Below are positions 17,778-32,720 of a stretch of 64,000 nucleotides of DNA, piece after piece. How positions within the stretch are numbered: position 1 is the first letter of the stretch; every line of letters starts with the position of its first letter. The position numbers and the translations under genes are program-made. Below the pieces are notes generated by a model, which worked only from the letters and a program-made list of their open reading frames with translations, was not told the DNA's origin and did no database searches. This DNA comes from the human T2T-CHM13v2.0 reference genome, Homo sapiens. Location: the NCBI RefSeq assembly GCF_009914755.1, contig NC_060928.1; one strand, given 5' to 3'.

Positions 17778-17880
17778 GTTTATTCCTTCATTCACTCAAT
17801 ATGTATTTACTGAGCCCTGATTGTATGCCTGGCTCAGTACTTAATCTTAGAAGTATGTTAATGAGAAAAAGCTAGTAGAT
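17778..17880 (-). mobile_element. L2 3'-end fragment
   Basis: 'ttcattcactcaatatgtatttactgagccctgattgtatgcctggc'. Confidence 0.65.
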
Positions 17881-18089
17881 AGAATTTAAAATATGGTGGT
17901 TAGTCAGTGCCTCTCACACTGTTTATTACCCAAATCATAATTCTCTGTTTATTACCCAAAACAGAGAATCAAACAAACAAAAAACTAATTATAATTCAGA
18001 CCTCCATTGACCTTGATTTCAGGCAGACTAATCTTTAACTCCCACATATATTGCCCCAAATACCCACATTTGTTTATACCTATTTAGGA

Positions 18090-18525
18090 TAAGTTCTTGT
18101 TAATATTCACTCATTATCTTCTGAGATGGCAGGAATGCATATGTCCCCAACAATGGGTGCTATTAGTACCTTGCCCAGCCAAGTGGGCACACCCACCTCC
18201 CCGCTGCTGCAGAGAATTGCCTTTAGTCTAAAGAAAATCCCCTCCCACCCAAGATGCACTCCTTGACAGTCAACAGCCAGAGTGACCAACATGGGGATTA
18301 TAAAAGATAGTCCCCTTGTCTTGGTGCCGCCAAATTTTTTTTGGGGGATGTGGTGCAATACACACTGCCGAGCATAAATATTTTCTGTAAATATCTTCAA
18401 TTTTCTTCTCCTTCCCTATCAGGGTCTCTCATTCCTCTTCTCCTAAGAGCTCTCCGTCAGTCAGCAATCACTTTCATAAAAATCTGCATTTTGGGTTCTG
18501 CTTATAGGTATCATAGTTGAAGACA
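18090..18525 (+). mobile_element. Old ERV-L LTR (LTR33/LTR16-like)
   Basis: 3' end 'caatcactttcataaaaatctgcattttgggttctgcttatagg...aagaca' resembles LTR33/LTR16 termini. The 5' boundary is uncertain. Confidence 0.55.
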
Positions 18526-18811
18526 TGCCTCCTTGAAGAGAATCTTTCCTACTATTGACCAAGTGAGAAATCCCTTCACCAGGAGATAGTCTAAAGTCCT
18601 GTGTGCCTATTAGAGATGGTCTGGTATTTGCCACCTGTTCTTGCTCTCACTCTAAGCATGAGGGAGATGGCTATTTCTTCAGGGAGATTTTCCATTAAGG
18701 GATTCCCATAGAAAATGGTCTAGGCCTTCATGGTTGCAATTTTGAAGAGTATGTCATTTCCAATTTATCCATATGTTTCCCTAAAATATTCCCCAGTGAC
18801 CAGGTGCATAA

Positions 18812-19237
<426 letters not shown>

Positions 19238-21389
19238 TAACATTTACAGGAGTGAGACACACCATCATATTTCATGCAAGAGAGCAAAGCTCCAAATACC
19301 AATGATGTGTAGAAGTATCAATGATAGGCCATAGCCTTATTGAATAAAAATATTGCATTACATTTTAATCAAAAAGTTTTAAAATAGGCCCAATTTTAGA
19401 GTTGTTCTTCAACACTACTCACCTCTCCTAATGACAAAACTGAAATATCAGGGTCTGTCATCAATATAGAGAAAGTTTAGAAGATGAATCTAGATGACTA
19501 CAATGGTTACATTAAAATTTATGAATCAAAACAGTCATAAAATTTTCAAAATGTAAAAATACCAAAATAAAAATGATATGTTGCAAAACTAGCTGGAGAA
19601 TTTATTCATAGACGGCTTTTGGTGTTTTTAGCGTCGAGGTAATAATACTTTGTCTATTTATTTGAGTCCACCGATGTGGGTCAAAAAAGGAGATCATGGT
19701 GCAAGTTATAAGGTCATAGAGTTTATCATATAAATCAATCAACCTATCAACAAGTATTGACTTCTAAGAAGAAAGAAATAAAGCCCATCAAGGATGACCT
19801 TTTCATAAATTTCTCAATTAGTTTATTTACAAGTTGATAAAATGGCTATTTTTTTGGACATGAAGGGATTTTTGCTTCAAACAGTCAAGTATCATAAATT
19901 TTTGTCTGAGTTATGATGATAGGCTTAAGAAATGACCAATTCAATCAGTTTATTAATTGAATCTGAATGGGAATGCTATGTACAAAAATGAGGATTGTGG
20001 GAGAACACGTTTCCTGAGGGAAAGGCAGAGTCTGTTATGACCAGAATAGGCGCACAAGGAGGGCTACGAGATGAGATGAGGCATCAAAGGGACACATTAC
20101 AAAAGGGGGACATGTTTCCCAAGCAGATTTATCTTATTAATGTTTCTCAAAAGTGGAATCAAAATCACACTGTGGTATTCTTTATAAATGTACATTGTCC
20201 CAACATGGAATTTTATGAACACTAAAGCCTGAGAATCATTCTGTAATTAATGGGGAACCCCAGAAGGGTTTCAACAGCAAGAGAAGGGAATAAATAAGAA
20301 GAAAAGAGAGCTATTACCAAAGCCAAAGAAATATAGAATACATGGAATAAAATCAAGTTCAAAATGTGAGGCTATGGATCATTATTGGAATCACAATATC
20401 CTTTAGTCCTCTTTTTCAATCTATTTTAGACAGGACATCTCTATAAATATAAAGCCAGAAAACCATATTTTGGAAAAACTCAAGAATTACCATAAAAAAC
20501 CTCTTTCAAATAAATCTCTTAATTAAATGGAGAATTATATCACTCTAATTTTCTTTTCCCCTTTCAAATAATACTCTCAGGAGACATTATCTTCTAACCA
20601 ACTTTGATTTTATAAAATTTCAGCTTGATTTGAGTTAATTTATATTTCCTTTTTACTAACTAAAGGATATAGTTTAATATGCATTATTATTATTATTATT
20701 ATATTATTAGTTTTAGTGAGGGTATCAGGAATGAGGAAGTAAGTTGTGATGATTTCAGTAGCTAATTCTCTGAGCATACAAAACAAAACTAAGTTCTGGA
20801 GCAGTGAAATTAGTAAAGCAAAAGCTACTTTTTATCTTTTTACAATTGATTTTTAGAAAATCCTGAAAGGAGCAAACCTAAATCTCAGTGGGCTTCTAGT
20901 GGAACAAATAGCTACTAAAAATAGTCTTTTAATTGACATAGAAAACATATATGCCAAAGCTGTTGGCTCAGATGGAAGCCAAGTTAAAACTCCTCGAAGT
21001 AAACAAAGAATTTCTGCATGCAAAATATCTTTCTGGAAAATAATGTTAGTTCTTCCATTTTAAGAAATTTGGTTATATCTCAGTAGCCAGATTCCCTAGA
21101 TTTAAATATTTGTATTTGAGTCTTCTGGTATGAATGATACTGCTAGTTGACTATTAAGTCTCTATCAGTTTCAAATGATATATAAAAGGGTCAAGATTGC
21201 TTAAAAATCTATGTTTTACCCATAAATATCATTAAAATCAAATACATAATAGTACATTTTAAGTTAATTAAGCTTAGTACTTTATCTCTTAACAAAGTTT
21301 AAGAATGGCATAGGCAACTACTTCTTCTGTTGGTAACATTTACTGCTTAAAATTCCTTGCTGTAAAATTATTCATGCATTTTTGGCCCA

Positions 21390-21485
21390 TGTGGTAGGTA
21401 GACTTTAAGATGACTCTACAATTCATGCTGCCTTGTATTCACACTCTTGTGCAATTCTCTCCCCTTAATTGTGGAATGGACTGAC
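21390..21485 (+). mobile_element. 5' fragment of an MLT1E/F-like MaLR LTR
   Basis: 'tgtggtaggtagactttaagatgactc...ctccccttaattgtgg' matches an MLT1E-type start. Confidence 0.65.
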
Positions 21486-21529
21486 TTGGTTGGTAAACTG
21501 TAGAATAAGTTTTCCAAAGCTTTAGTGAG

Positions 21530-22133
21530 TGTAGTGCATTTCAAGTACTTTCACAAGAGATCACCGCAAACCTAGCACCTAAAACAATGCAAACTTATTA
21601 TCTCGCATTTTCCATGGGCCAAGAGTCCAGGCATGGGTTAGCAGTGCATCTGCTCAGGGTCTCACCAAGCTGCCATCAAGGTGCTACCCAGGGCTGTACT
21701 TCTCACCTGGTGCTCATTCAGGGGGTTGGCAGAATTTAGTTTCCTGCAGATCATGTCTGCGGTCCCTGTTTTCTTGATAATACTTGTCTAAGGACTGACA
21801 TCAGCTCTTAAAGGATGCCCCTGTCCAGCGGCAGTTTAATATCATGGTTTTTTTTTTTTTCTATTACACTTCCCAGTCTATCAGAAGAACACTCTATTAA
21901 AGAGCTCATTTGAAGAAATCAGTCCTATCCAGAGTAATCCTTTTTTTGATTAACTAAAAGTTAACTAATGTAGAGATTTGATTATATCTGAAAAATCTCT
22001 TCTACCATATAAGGTGACAATATTATAAGAATAATGTATTTATAGGTTCTGTCAAAATTCAAGTAGAGGGAATGATACAGGCTGAAGGTCACTGGTGGGA
22101 CATGAGACTCATTTTTGGATTCTACCCATTACA
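21530..22133 (-). mobile_element. MLT1E-like MaLR solo LTR inserted in ERV-L gag
   Basis: Antisense MLT1 hallmarks ('aaacaatgcaaacttattatctc', 'ctgctcagggtctcaccaagctgccatcaaggtg', 'ggattctacccattaca'). Near-TSD gtgag/gagag. Confidence 0.82.
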
Positions 22134-23876
22134 GAGAGAATAAAATCCTTTGGTGGGTTATCAGGTAAGATCATCCTAGATTCCCCCCACACAGGTCCTC
22201 GGGGCATTCCTTTCACCCTGGCAGTGAGAAATAAGTTTATGAGTGGAGCCCTAACATCACTGAAGAATCCCGCAGTAGATTTGCTCTGTAGATTAGAGAT
22301 TACAGTGGTAACTGCTACTCTCAAACTGGGGATCCTAAACCCAATGAGGATGATGGGATCTGGGTTGGCAGAGGTCAAGTGGTAGCACTTCACAGCCAAA
22401 GACAAAGTATGCTTACCATAATAATTAGCAGAGCCAATGCAGTAATCAGACTCACCTGACCAGCAGAGATTATGGACATTGGCTAGTTGTTTCCAGCGTC
22501 CCTAGAACTGAAATAGTGAAATGGACAACCTATTGAAGTCTTGTTTCATCTATATTAGCAGAAAAAAAATTAGGTTTAGTAAATAGCAATCTGCTTTGAA
22601 GCACCAAAACAGAATCAAAGGCCCTCAATCCATTCCTAGGTTTCAGCCAGGTCCCAGGCACAGATTTCCTTCCATGTGGAAGCTGAGAAATTGTGCAGAA
22701 AGGCCCTGCTACACTGTCAAATGTTCATAATGTTAACCTTCCTTCCAGCCTTTTCTTTTAAAGGAACCTGTAACAACTTACTAGAATGACCACATTGGAT
22801 AAGGGGAAAAAATTAGACATTTCAGGAATGACTGGACACTGGCTCTGAACTGACACCAGATTTTGGTACCCCATACATTATTGTTGTCTGCCAGTCAGAT
22901 TAGGGACCTCGGGAAATTAAAGGATGATTGGAGTTTTGCTTTATGACCATCTCATAGTGAACCCTGTTGTTCCCTGAATCTGCCTTGTTGCTATGTCCTT
23001 GGTTTGGAATGCATATTAGGATATACTCATACTCAGACTTCGAAACTGATAGAATTGCGATATTAGTTTCCTAATCTGTAAGAGTGAAAATTATTATATG
23101 ACAAGTGGAATTCGCTCGAATTGCTTACCTATAAAAATAGTAAATTAAAGACAATACCACATTCCTAGAAGGATTGCAGAGATTAGTGCCATCATTGAGG
23201 ATAGGAAAAATGCAACGGTGACATTTCCCATTATATCCCTCTTTTAACTTGTATCTTTGGCCTATGAAGAAGACAGATGAATTTTGGAGAATGGCAGTAG
23301 ATTATAAAGTTTATCATGCAGTGACTTCAATTGCAACTGCTGAACCAGATGTGAGTTTGTTGCTTGAGCAAATCAACACATCTCTTGGCAACTGGCAATC
23401 AGTGATCTGATGAGTGTTCTTAATTTCTTCCTGTTAATTAACCAGACCACAAGAATCAGTTTGGTTCTGGCAATACATTTTTACTTTTTTTTTTTTTTTT
23501 TTTTTTTGCTTCAGGGACAATCAACACTCTAGCTCTATGTTATGTCTTAGTCTGCAGGGAGGTTTGCTGACTTTCCCTTCCAAAATATAGCCCAGTGGTC
23601 CACTACCTGTATGACATTATGCTGATTGGACCTAATGAGCAGGAACTAGCAACTAATCCCAACACATTGGTAAGAAACCTGCTTGCCCAAGAGTGGGAAA
23701 TAAAGTCGACAAAGATTCTCAGGTGTAGTACTTCAGTGACATGTGCAGAGCTCCAGTGGTCTGCAGGATGCTGATAGTCCTTCCAGGGTGAAGAGTGAGT
23801 TGCTGTATCTGGGACTTCTTGCTAGCACACTTAAATATGGTATATGGTGCCACCAAAATCCAAAGAATCTCACTAA

Positions 23877-24236
<360 letters not shown>

Positions 24237-25555
24237 TAAATGTGCTATTCTTCCCTACTTACTGAGTGACCCAAAAACCTTCCATTTTTGAGTAGGTTTC
24301 AAAACACGAGGAGGCCTTGTGACAGATTTAGGTTACCATGCAAGGTGCTTTGCCCCTTGGACCATATGACCCAGCAGATTTGGTTGTATTTAAAATGTCA
24401 GTGGGGGATAGGGACCCTGTTGGAGCTTTTGGTAAATGATAGCTCAGACTCTTAGCATTTGGAGCAAAGCCATGCTATCCCTATGGATAAGTATCCTCCT
24501 TTTGAGATATTGTATTTGGCTTCCTACTGAGCTTTAATAGAGACTGTATGCTTATCCCTGGGATACTACATTACTTGAGCTAGTGATCATGAAGTGAGCA
24601 TTTAAATAAGTAAATGTTTTGTGGCAAACACAATTAGGCATGCAGAGCAGCCCTATGTCATCAAATGGAAGTGGTATATAGGAGTTCAGGTTTGAGCAAG
24701 TCCTGATGGCACAAATAAGCTAGTGAAGAGAAATCCTATAGTCTCTGCTGCTGCTACGTTCCCTTTTCTTTCTTAGCCCACACTTAACTAAGTTGGTTTA
24801 CAGATGGTTCTGCAAGGTACTGCCCAAAAGTAGACAGCTCCTGCACTACAGCCCCACTCCAGATTGCCCCAAACAACAATGGCGAAGGGAAATCTTCCCA
24901 GTGACAAGAACTTCAAACAGTGAACCTGTTTGTTCATTTTGCTTGTAAAAAGAGATGCCCAGAGGAAGGGGTCTATAAAATTGTATAGACCATGGCTAAT
25001 ATTTTGGCTGAATTATCAGGGGCTAGGCAGAAAAATAATTTAAAAATTGGTTATAAAGGGTTCTAGGGAAGAGTTATGGATTGATTTCTCTGAATGCACA
25101 GACTGTAAAGATTTGGGGGAACCATATAAAATGTTTCCTAAAAGATAACTTCAGCTGATACATTTTAATAATTAAGTGGATACAGTGACCCATTCTGTCG
25201 CTGTAAGTTAGCCTTTTTCCCCAGGTACTCCCACCATTCTGCAAAGAGCTCATGAGCAAAGCAGCCTTGCCAGCTTGGGTTATGCATGGACTCAACAGCA
25301 TGGACTGCCACTCAATAGGGCATCTCTCAATACAACCACTGATATGTGCCCATCCTGTCAACAGTAGGATCTAATTCTGAGCTCCCAGTATGACGTCATT
25401 CCATGGAGAGATTGCCGACAGCCTAGTGGCCGACTGATTCTATTGGACCATTCTATTGTGGAAGAGGCTGTCCTTTTTTCTTACTGAGATAAGACACTAA
25501 CTATGAATATGAAATTTAGTACCATGCTCCAATGTGCTACATCTTTACATTTTCT

Positions 25556-25862
<307 letters not shown>

Positions 25863-27153
25863 ATCTTTACATTTTCTAATGTCTTATCCATCCCCATGGT
25901 ATTCCACACAGCATGTCTTCTGAACAAGAAACTCATTTTATCACCAATGAAGTATGACAATGGGTCTAAGGTCACGGAATTCAGTGATTTTTGAATATTC
26001 TCCATAACTTGGAAGCAGCAAGCTTGAAAGAGTGGAGGAATGGTCCGCTGAAGACCAGATAAGTCCTCATGCAGAGCACAACAACTCACACAGCTCTGGT
26101 GATGTCCTCCAGAATGTAGAAGATATTCTAAATCCAGGAACTAAATTTCTTCCATAGCTAGGATCGATGGTTCTGTCAAGCAAAGGTTGAAATGGGAATG
26201 ATTTATCTTACTATTATTTCTAATTAACCACTAACAAAGTGTACGCTTCCTGTAGCCCATTATTTTAGAGTCTTCTGTCCAAGGGATTCTTTGTTCCAAA
26301 GAGATGCTTCACAAGTGGACACACAATTATTTCACCGAACTGGAATTTGAGACTGCCTCCTGGCCCCCTTAGACTCCCCAGGCCAGCGAATCAATAGGAA
26401 AATAAGGGTTGCTATACTGGCAAACAGGATTGAGCCTGAGTATCAAGGAATATTAGTTTTCTAATGCACAATATAAACTAAGAATGGAAATGTCTAGATT
26501 TCAAGAAACGCACTACGTTTCATCTTGGTATTTCCATGGTCTGTGATGAAAGTAAATGGAAAACTATACAACCCAGTACAATCTGTACCACTAATGGCCA
26601 GGATCCTCCAGAATACAGACTTGGATTACACTTCCAGGCAAGATGCAACTGAATGTTTGTTGATGGCAAAGAGCATATGGAATGGGTAGTTGAAGCAGAT
26701 AGTTGTAAATACTAGCTATGATGCAGATAGTTGTAAATACTAGCTATGACTACTTGTCCAGTTGCAAAAACAAGGATGGTAATAATTACAAGTATCTCTT
26801 TCTTATTTTATATGATTATGTTGTATATATTATAAACAACTGCTTTGCTTATCCTACTTTTACTCTTTCATCTCCTTATCATTTAAAATAAGATGTGTTA
26901 ATAAACTGTAGCTATATCTCAGTTGTGAATTTAAAGGATATCAAAAAGGAGAACATTTCAACTAGGAGAAGAATAAACATCTCTCAAAGACTAACAGGGG
27001 ACTTTAACATATTCTGGGGAAGGACTGGCATTTTTTCAATTGTAGGATAATTGTTTCATGTTAGGCATAAGTGTGATTTGGTTATTACTATCTTTATAGT
27101 TTAGTTATGGTTGAAGGAGATGTGTGTGGCTGCCAGGTTGATAAGGGGTAGAC

Positions 27154-27706
27154 CGTGATGACATCATGCGTCAACCTGGCTAAGCTGAACCATACTTTCC
27201 AGAATCTTGTTTCTTGTGTGTTTCTGGTTAGGAGAGGCCACAAGAGAGATTCTCCTGAAGACTTGGAGGATGGAAGTAGAGCAGCAGCCATGTAGCTGCT
27301 CACACACTGTTGCTGACTTACCTCCTTGGCAGCAGTAAGGCCTGAAACTGCTCCATCTTCTGGATTCTCCTTTTTTCATGGGGCAGCTATGCATATTTAC
27401 CTCCATGATAAAGGGCCCAGCTTCTTCAGGACGCTTATACCACAGAGGTCAATGAGAACAAATACTAACACTGGCTTCGGAGCATCCTTAAGGTCTGCAG
27501 CTTGTATGTGTGGTTTCTAGCTTGTTCTTGGTCTCCAACACCTTCCATCTTTTCTTACCAACTGCCTACTCTTCCAGCTCCAGCATCAGATGAGAAGACA
27601 ATAGCCTTCCAGAGACTGGAAAAACAGCTGCTAAAATTGCATTAGAAAACATCCTATAAAACACATATATGAGGATTTTGAACGTGATTGAGCCCCAACT
27701 GATATA
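27154..27706 (+). mobile_element. 3' LTR of the ERV-L provirus (old MLT2, MLT2E/F-like)
   Basis: Follows the PPT. Starts (c)gtgatg...gtcaacctggctaagct and ends gattgagccccaactgatata. Confidence 0.8.
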
Positions 27707-27862
27707 TACTAACTCCAAAACATCATGCTAGAAACGTTTAGATTACTAATCTCATTCATTTTACTACCTTTGAAAATCCACCGCACAAATGTCCGATCAT
27801 CTTGTGTCAAAAGTCATTTGTCTCACAGATGTGAAGCTCAGTTTTCACAATGACTCCTTTCT

Positions 27863-28509
27863 TGAACAGACTCTCCTTGGCCAACTCTAGTCAGGCTCCT
27901 CGGCGTCCTCTTCTCAACTAGACCTCAACTGTGGCCTATAAGACTGCAAACTCTCAGCACAAATGATTTTCACCCACCCTTGCCTGCCCCTCTCAGATAT
28001 GCCACGTTGAGACTTGAACTAACACTAGCATACTTTCTAGAAGCTCAAGGCCACATCCCTAAGTTGATGACTCCAACTCTCTTAATTTCCAGCCTGAGAA
28101 ACCTCACAGTCCCTAGGAGAATTTACTGTTTGTTCCCGACAAAACCTTCAAGGAGAAAATTCTCTCTCTCACACTCTGTCTCTCTGTCAGTCCTTGTGGG
28201 AGGATAAGAAACTAACTTCAATAGGTTCCATGCTCCAATTTCCACCACTGCCTCCTGTCAAAAGATAGGAAAAATTTGTCTCTCCTCCACTTTCAGTACC
28301 AATTACCAAGCCCAGATGACCAAGTCATGTGGACCCACCTCCTGCAGTCCTTCCCCTGAGCACACCACAGTCTGTGAAAAATCCCAGTCTTTTGTTTTGG
28401 TGAAGTTGTTTGGATCACATTGGATCCTATTCCCCACTGTGGTAGTTATTACTGAGTAAAATCTGCCCTTCCTGCTTTACCTGGTGTCCATCTTTGTTTG
28501 TCTTTCACA
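27863..28509 (+). mobile_element. ERV1 solo LTR (MER67/MER31-like)
   Basis: 'tgaacagactctccttggccaactctagtcaggctcctc...ctcttctcaactag' start and '...gtccatctttgtttgtctttcaca' end. Confidence 0.78.
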
Positions 28510-29620
28510 GTTAATTCTTTTGTGGGCCTGCATAACGAGCTACCATCCAGACCAGTGTGTATCCGGGAAATACCATGGCCCAATTGTAGACAAGGGGATG
28601 AGCATCAATTGTAAATGTGTCTCCCTTTAAAGGTGAACAGGAAAACCTAGTTGGTTTCAAAGTCTTTCAGATATTTTCATAAACTAGAGAAAATTAAACC
28701 TATAATTGCTAGGTTATATCTAAGTAATTTAAAATAAATCTGAGAAGAAACAGGAACAAGAATAGGAGCAGATAGCTAAAACACAACTACTATTATTATT
28801 ATTTCAGCAATCGCTATATCCTTCAAACCTGACTAAGCCTTACCAGAGGACCATTGGAATTCTGAAGTGATTCATTACCTAAACTCAAGAACATTTTCCA
28901 GAATATTAGGAATAATACGACTCTACAATTTCATATTTCTAAGTGTGGCCATTGTCTTATTTACACATAAAATATAAATACATTAAATATTTCAAAGGAA
29001 AGTAGACAGCAAGGGCCTTTGGTTTTGCTACATATAATCTTTAATTTTCAAAAATAAAAAAATTTAATGTAAATTGTTTTACAATGCATTGAGGATAGCT
29101 AATTTTCTTTTTTATTTCCCTTCTATGGATTGATAGAAAGGTTTTATTTCTATCAATAACACCTAGTTAGGTGAGAGTAACTACTTCTTGCTGTCCCCAG
29201 TAATAGACGTACTTCTATAGATTTGTGGTTTACTACAATGAAGCTAAGGAAATATATTTAAATTTGGTTTACTTCTGTGAAATTACAGATACATATTTAA
29301 ATTTGGTATAAATGAATGTGAGGTTGCACTATATCCCCTGGTCAAATTCTTATCCTATAAATTAAACTATTCTGACTTACAGCAACAGTCCTTGTAGGCT
29401 TGCCTGGCTCACTAGAATGTCAAATGTTAGATAGGTAAATCTGACTAAAAAGCAGACACACTGACTCTTTGGCTAATGACTTCTTAAAAGTCCCTTTTGG
29501 ATTTGATGCAATCAACATTAGTGGTCTTGTCACTTTTTTTTCCTATTGATTTTCTGAATATCATTTTCTTTAACTTAAAAGGTCAGTGAGAAACAGAGTT
29601 TGTAGATAACGTTGAATGAA

Positions 29621-29621
<1 letters not shown>

Positions 29622-29650
<29 letters not shown>
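29622..29650. repeat. (TG)n microsatellite
   Basis: Read directly from the sequence. Confidence 0.97.
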
Positions 29651-29654
<4 letters not shown>

Positions 29655-30919
29655 GGTCAGATAAGGTTTATTTTTAAAACAAAATGATGAATAGTGTTTT
29701 CTTAATTTTAATTTACAATTCAGTCTAAAATAAAATAATTCTCCTGCTCTTTGATTTTGTATTCATTTCATCATAAGACTTTTCAACTCATGTTTAGTAA
29801 CATGAAGGACCATAACAAGACCTGCATACATTTCTACAAATTAGTGGAGAAGAAAACAGAGTTGGACTTAGTTAGACAATAACTAGAATAGCTTATGTCA
29901 CTGATTGGATGTTTCTATAAATAAAAAAAATAATAATCTGCTGTAGCCTAGGCTAGTTCTATACTTACCACACGTGAAAGTACTTTGGTTTTTAGAGAGA
30001 ACAGTATCTCCAGTTCTAAAATTTAATATTTGTAACCCCAATCTTAGATGTTAATTTTTTTTAGTTATTATATAACTTATTTTTATTTTGAGCACCTATT
30101 CTGCAAAAGTACAATGTTAGTCATTTCCGGATAAATGAAATCATTTAAGTGAACCGGTTCAGGATAAAAGCTTCCTTTATTCCTTCTTTCCAAAATGACA
30201 TCTAAGTTCTAGAGATAATTAAACTTGCAGTCACATTTGTAAAACCTTGGAGATACAGAATGGGTAGAGGGAGGAACTGAGAATTAACTCTCTAGAGCTG
30301 GCAGTTGTTGTCATATGACAAAAATGTTCCCCAGCCATTTGTATGGGTCCCCAAAGGGAAAGCGTATGTTAGAGGATATTTCGGGCTGTGGCCTTGCCAG
30401 ACAGGGGCAAACATATTCTGTGACCCGAAGTTGTAAGTAGTCTGCCCAGGCGAGGGTCTGCCCAGACTTGGACTAGGCAGTAGCCTTCAGCCCCTGCTTA
30501 TCTGACTCTTATTCTCATATTCCATGAGAAGCTAAGGGATTCATTTTACTGATGAGATTAGAAAGTGGAGGTTAGTGCAGACGCGGCCTAATCATTTTGG
30601 CTCTCTCTTGTGCAATGTGCCTTTTTACAGTTTGTGTGGTTTTTCTGTTAACTCTATTTCCGTTATGAAGTAAGACAAGAAAAGAAGATGCTCTGTGCTA
30701 GAATTCTGTTTTTTTCAGTTGTCTTGAACATGGTTTGTGGGAAATTCAAATGAAGACGTAAGGAGATGAAAGTTTGGCTCTTGGACAAAGCCTCATTTCA
30801 CAATCCCACTTCATACATGTGGCTTGACCCTTCTTCCACTCCCCCTTGGTTCAAAATGAAAGCAAAAGGAAAAAATGACTCTCAGTCTTAAGACATGGAC
30901 ATTTTATAATTCATCAGTT

Positions 30920-32720
30920 TAATGATTCATTCATTGATTCACTGAACAAATGATTACGCACCATCTGCTATGTGTTAGGATTTGGGTTATATTTTTGGAG
31001 AAAAAAAAACAAACAAAAATCCGTAAGATTCCTAATCTCATGATGTCCACTGTTTAGTGGGGAAAATAGATATTAGTGGAGAGAACAGATATTAAAATAA
31101 CACATGTTAAGTTTCAAACTGAGATAAACACACTGAAAGCACATTACCAAGGAAATTGAGTCTGCTTGATTTTTTAAAGGGAAAGAAGAGGGACTGCAAA
31201 GAAGACGTCCTTATAAAAATGATCCCTGAAATGAGATTTGCAGGATGACTAGTTAACTAGAAAAGAGACTGGAGAAAGAGGATTTCTGTTGAAGGGTCAG
31301 CAGTAGCTACGTCCCATAATCAGGTTCATGTTACCAGAATCATGATGAGCCAGTTGACATGGTGAGGTGCTGACACTCTTGTGCAAAGATTTTAGGCAGT
31401 TTATAAGTATTGGGGGCCTTGAAAAAATCTTTTTTATTATTAATAGGGCCCAAATCTATGTTCTGTGATCCTAATTATGGTGGAAAAAAACATAGAACTC
31501 TCAAGGAACAGGCAGCCGGTTAGTGTGGCGCACAAGCAGAGACTGAGCAGGAAAGTGGGAGCCGGCAGTGCAGGTGGAAAGAACACAGAAGAGAAATTTT
31601 GTGATCAGGATTTTGGGTTTTATTATATCAACAATGGGTGGCAATTGAAGAATTTTATGATCAGATATGTGCTTTGAAAATTCACTCTGGTGCAACGTGG
31701 ACAAAGATTTGGGAAATTTGGAGCAGTGGTAGAATAGGTACCAAGAGATGAGAGTATTTCCATTATCCAGATGAAAAATGATAATAGCTTAACCTAAGGT
31801 AGTAGCACATATTTTTAAGGGATATTTAGAACCTAAAACCAGTTCAGTGTATCAGAGAAACAGCTATAGCACGCTTGATAGCTATATCTTCAGCAACTTA
31901 ACTCATAGTGGTACTGTTGTAGATTAGGAATCTTGGATATAGTTATGGTTAGAGGAAAAATGAACACAGTTTTGTATATGTTTAAATTCACTTGTATCAT
32001 ATGTGTGTAAGTTATGTAGATCTGATACTGATAGGAGAACCTAGAGCTCCCTATATAAAACAGAAAGTCATCTTGTAATAATGGAAATGAATATGAATGT
32101 AACTATGAGGTTTCTTATGGAAATAGCCTTGATTAAGTCAAAAACTGAGTACTTCCAGAATTTATCATCCAGGTAGAAGATGAAAAGTATCAAGAGAAAG
32201 AGAAGGACCAAGCAGAAACATGTGGGAAGAAAATCAAGGGCATGTGGATAGATAGTGCTTCAAAAAGGATGATGCAGTTAACATATTTGGATGATTCTGA
32301 AATTTCAAGTAACTGGAATTACTTGAATATTTTCAGTATTTTTGAAGACTGAAATATTGGAAAATATTTACTAGCAGTAATGACATGAAAGTCATAAGTA
32401 GCCTTAGCAAAAATCATTTTTGGAAAATGTCTGTAGAGACTGGAATACTGGCATCCATTAAAAAGTAAGAAATGAATGGAAGATAGGCACTTATATATAG
32501 TGAGTAGGGACAACACTATCAAAAAGATTGTCTAAAAATAAGAGGAGAGAGTGTAATAGCTGGAGGGGAAGATGAAGTAGAGTCGGTGTAGTTGATTTTA
32601 TTATTTTTGAAGATATGTGGTTCAATTTTTCAAAAGAGAGTACAACAAATTTGATTAAATGTTGAAGGGAAAGACTGATTTTAAGGGGTGTGCTTGTCTA
32701 TTGAGGTGAAGAGGGGAGAT
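30920..32720 (-). mobile_element. Fragmented L2 (3' end plus ORF2 remnant)
   Basis: 'tcattcattgattcactgaacaaatgattacgcaccatctgctatgtgttagg' followed by purine-rich antisense L2 body motifs ('atgatcagatatgtgctttgaaaattcactctgg', 'ccagatgaaaaatgataatagctt'). Confidence 0.65.

Noticed and set aside
22095-22385. 96-aa gag-like ORF as a possible domesticated retroviral gene
   Set aside because: It starts inside an unrelated antisense LTR, is short, and the surrounding gag/pol frames are disrupted.
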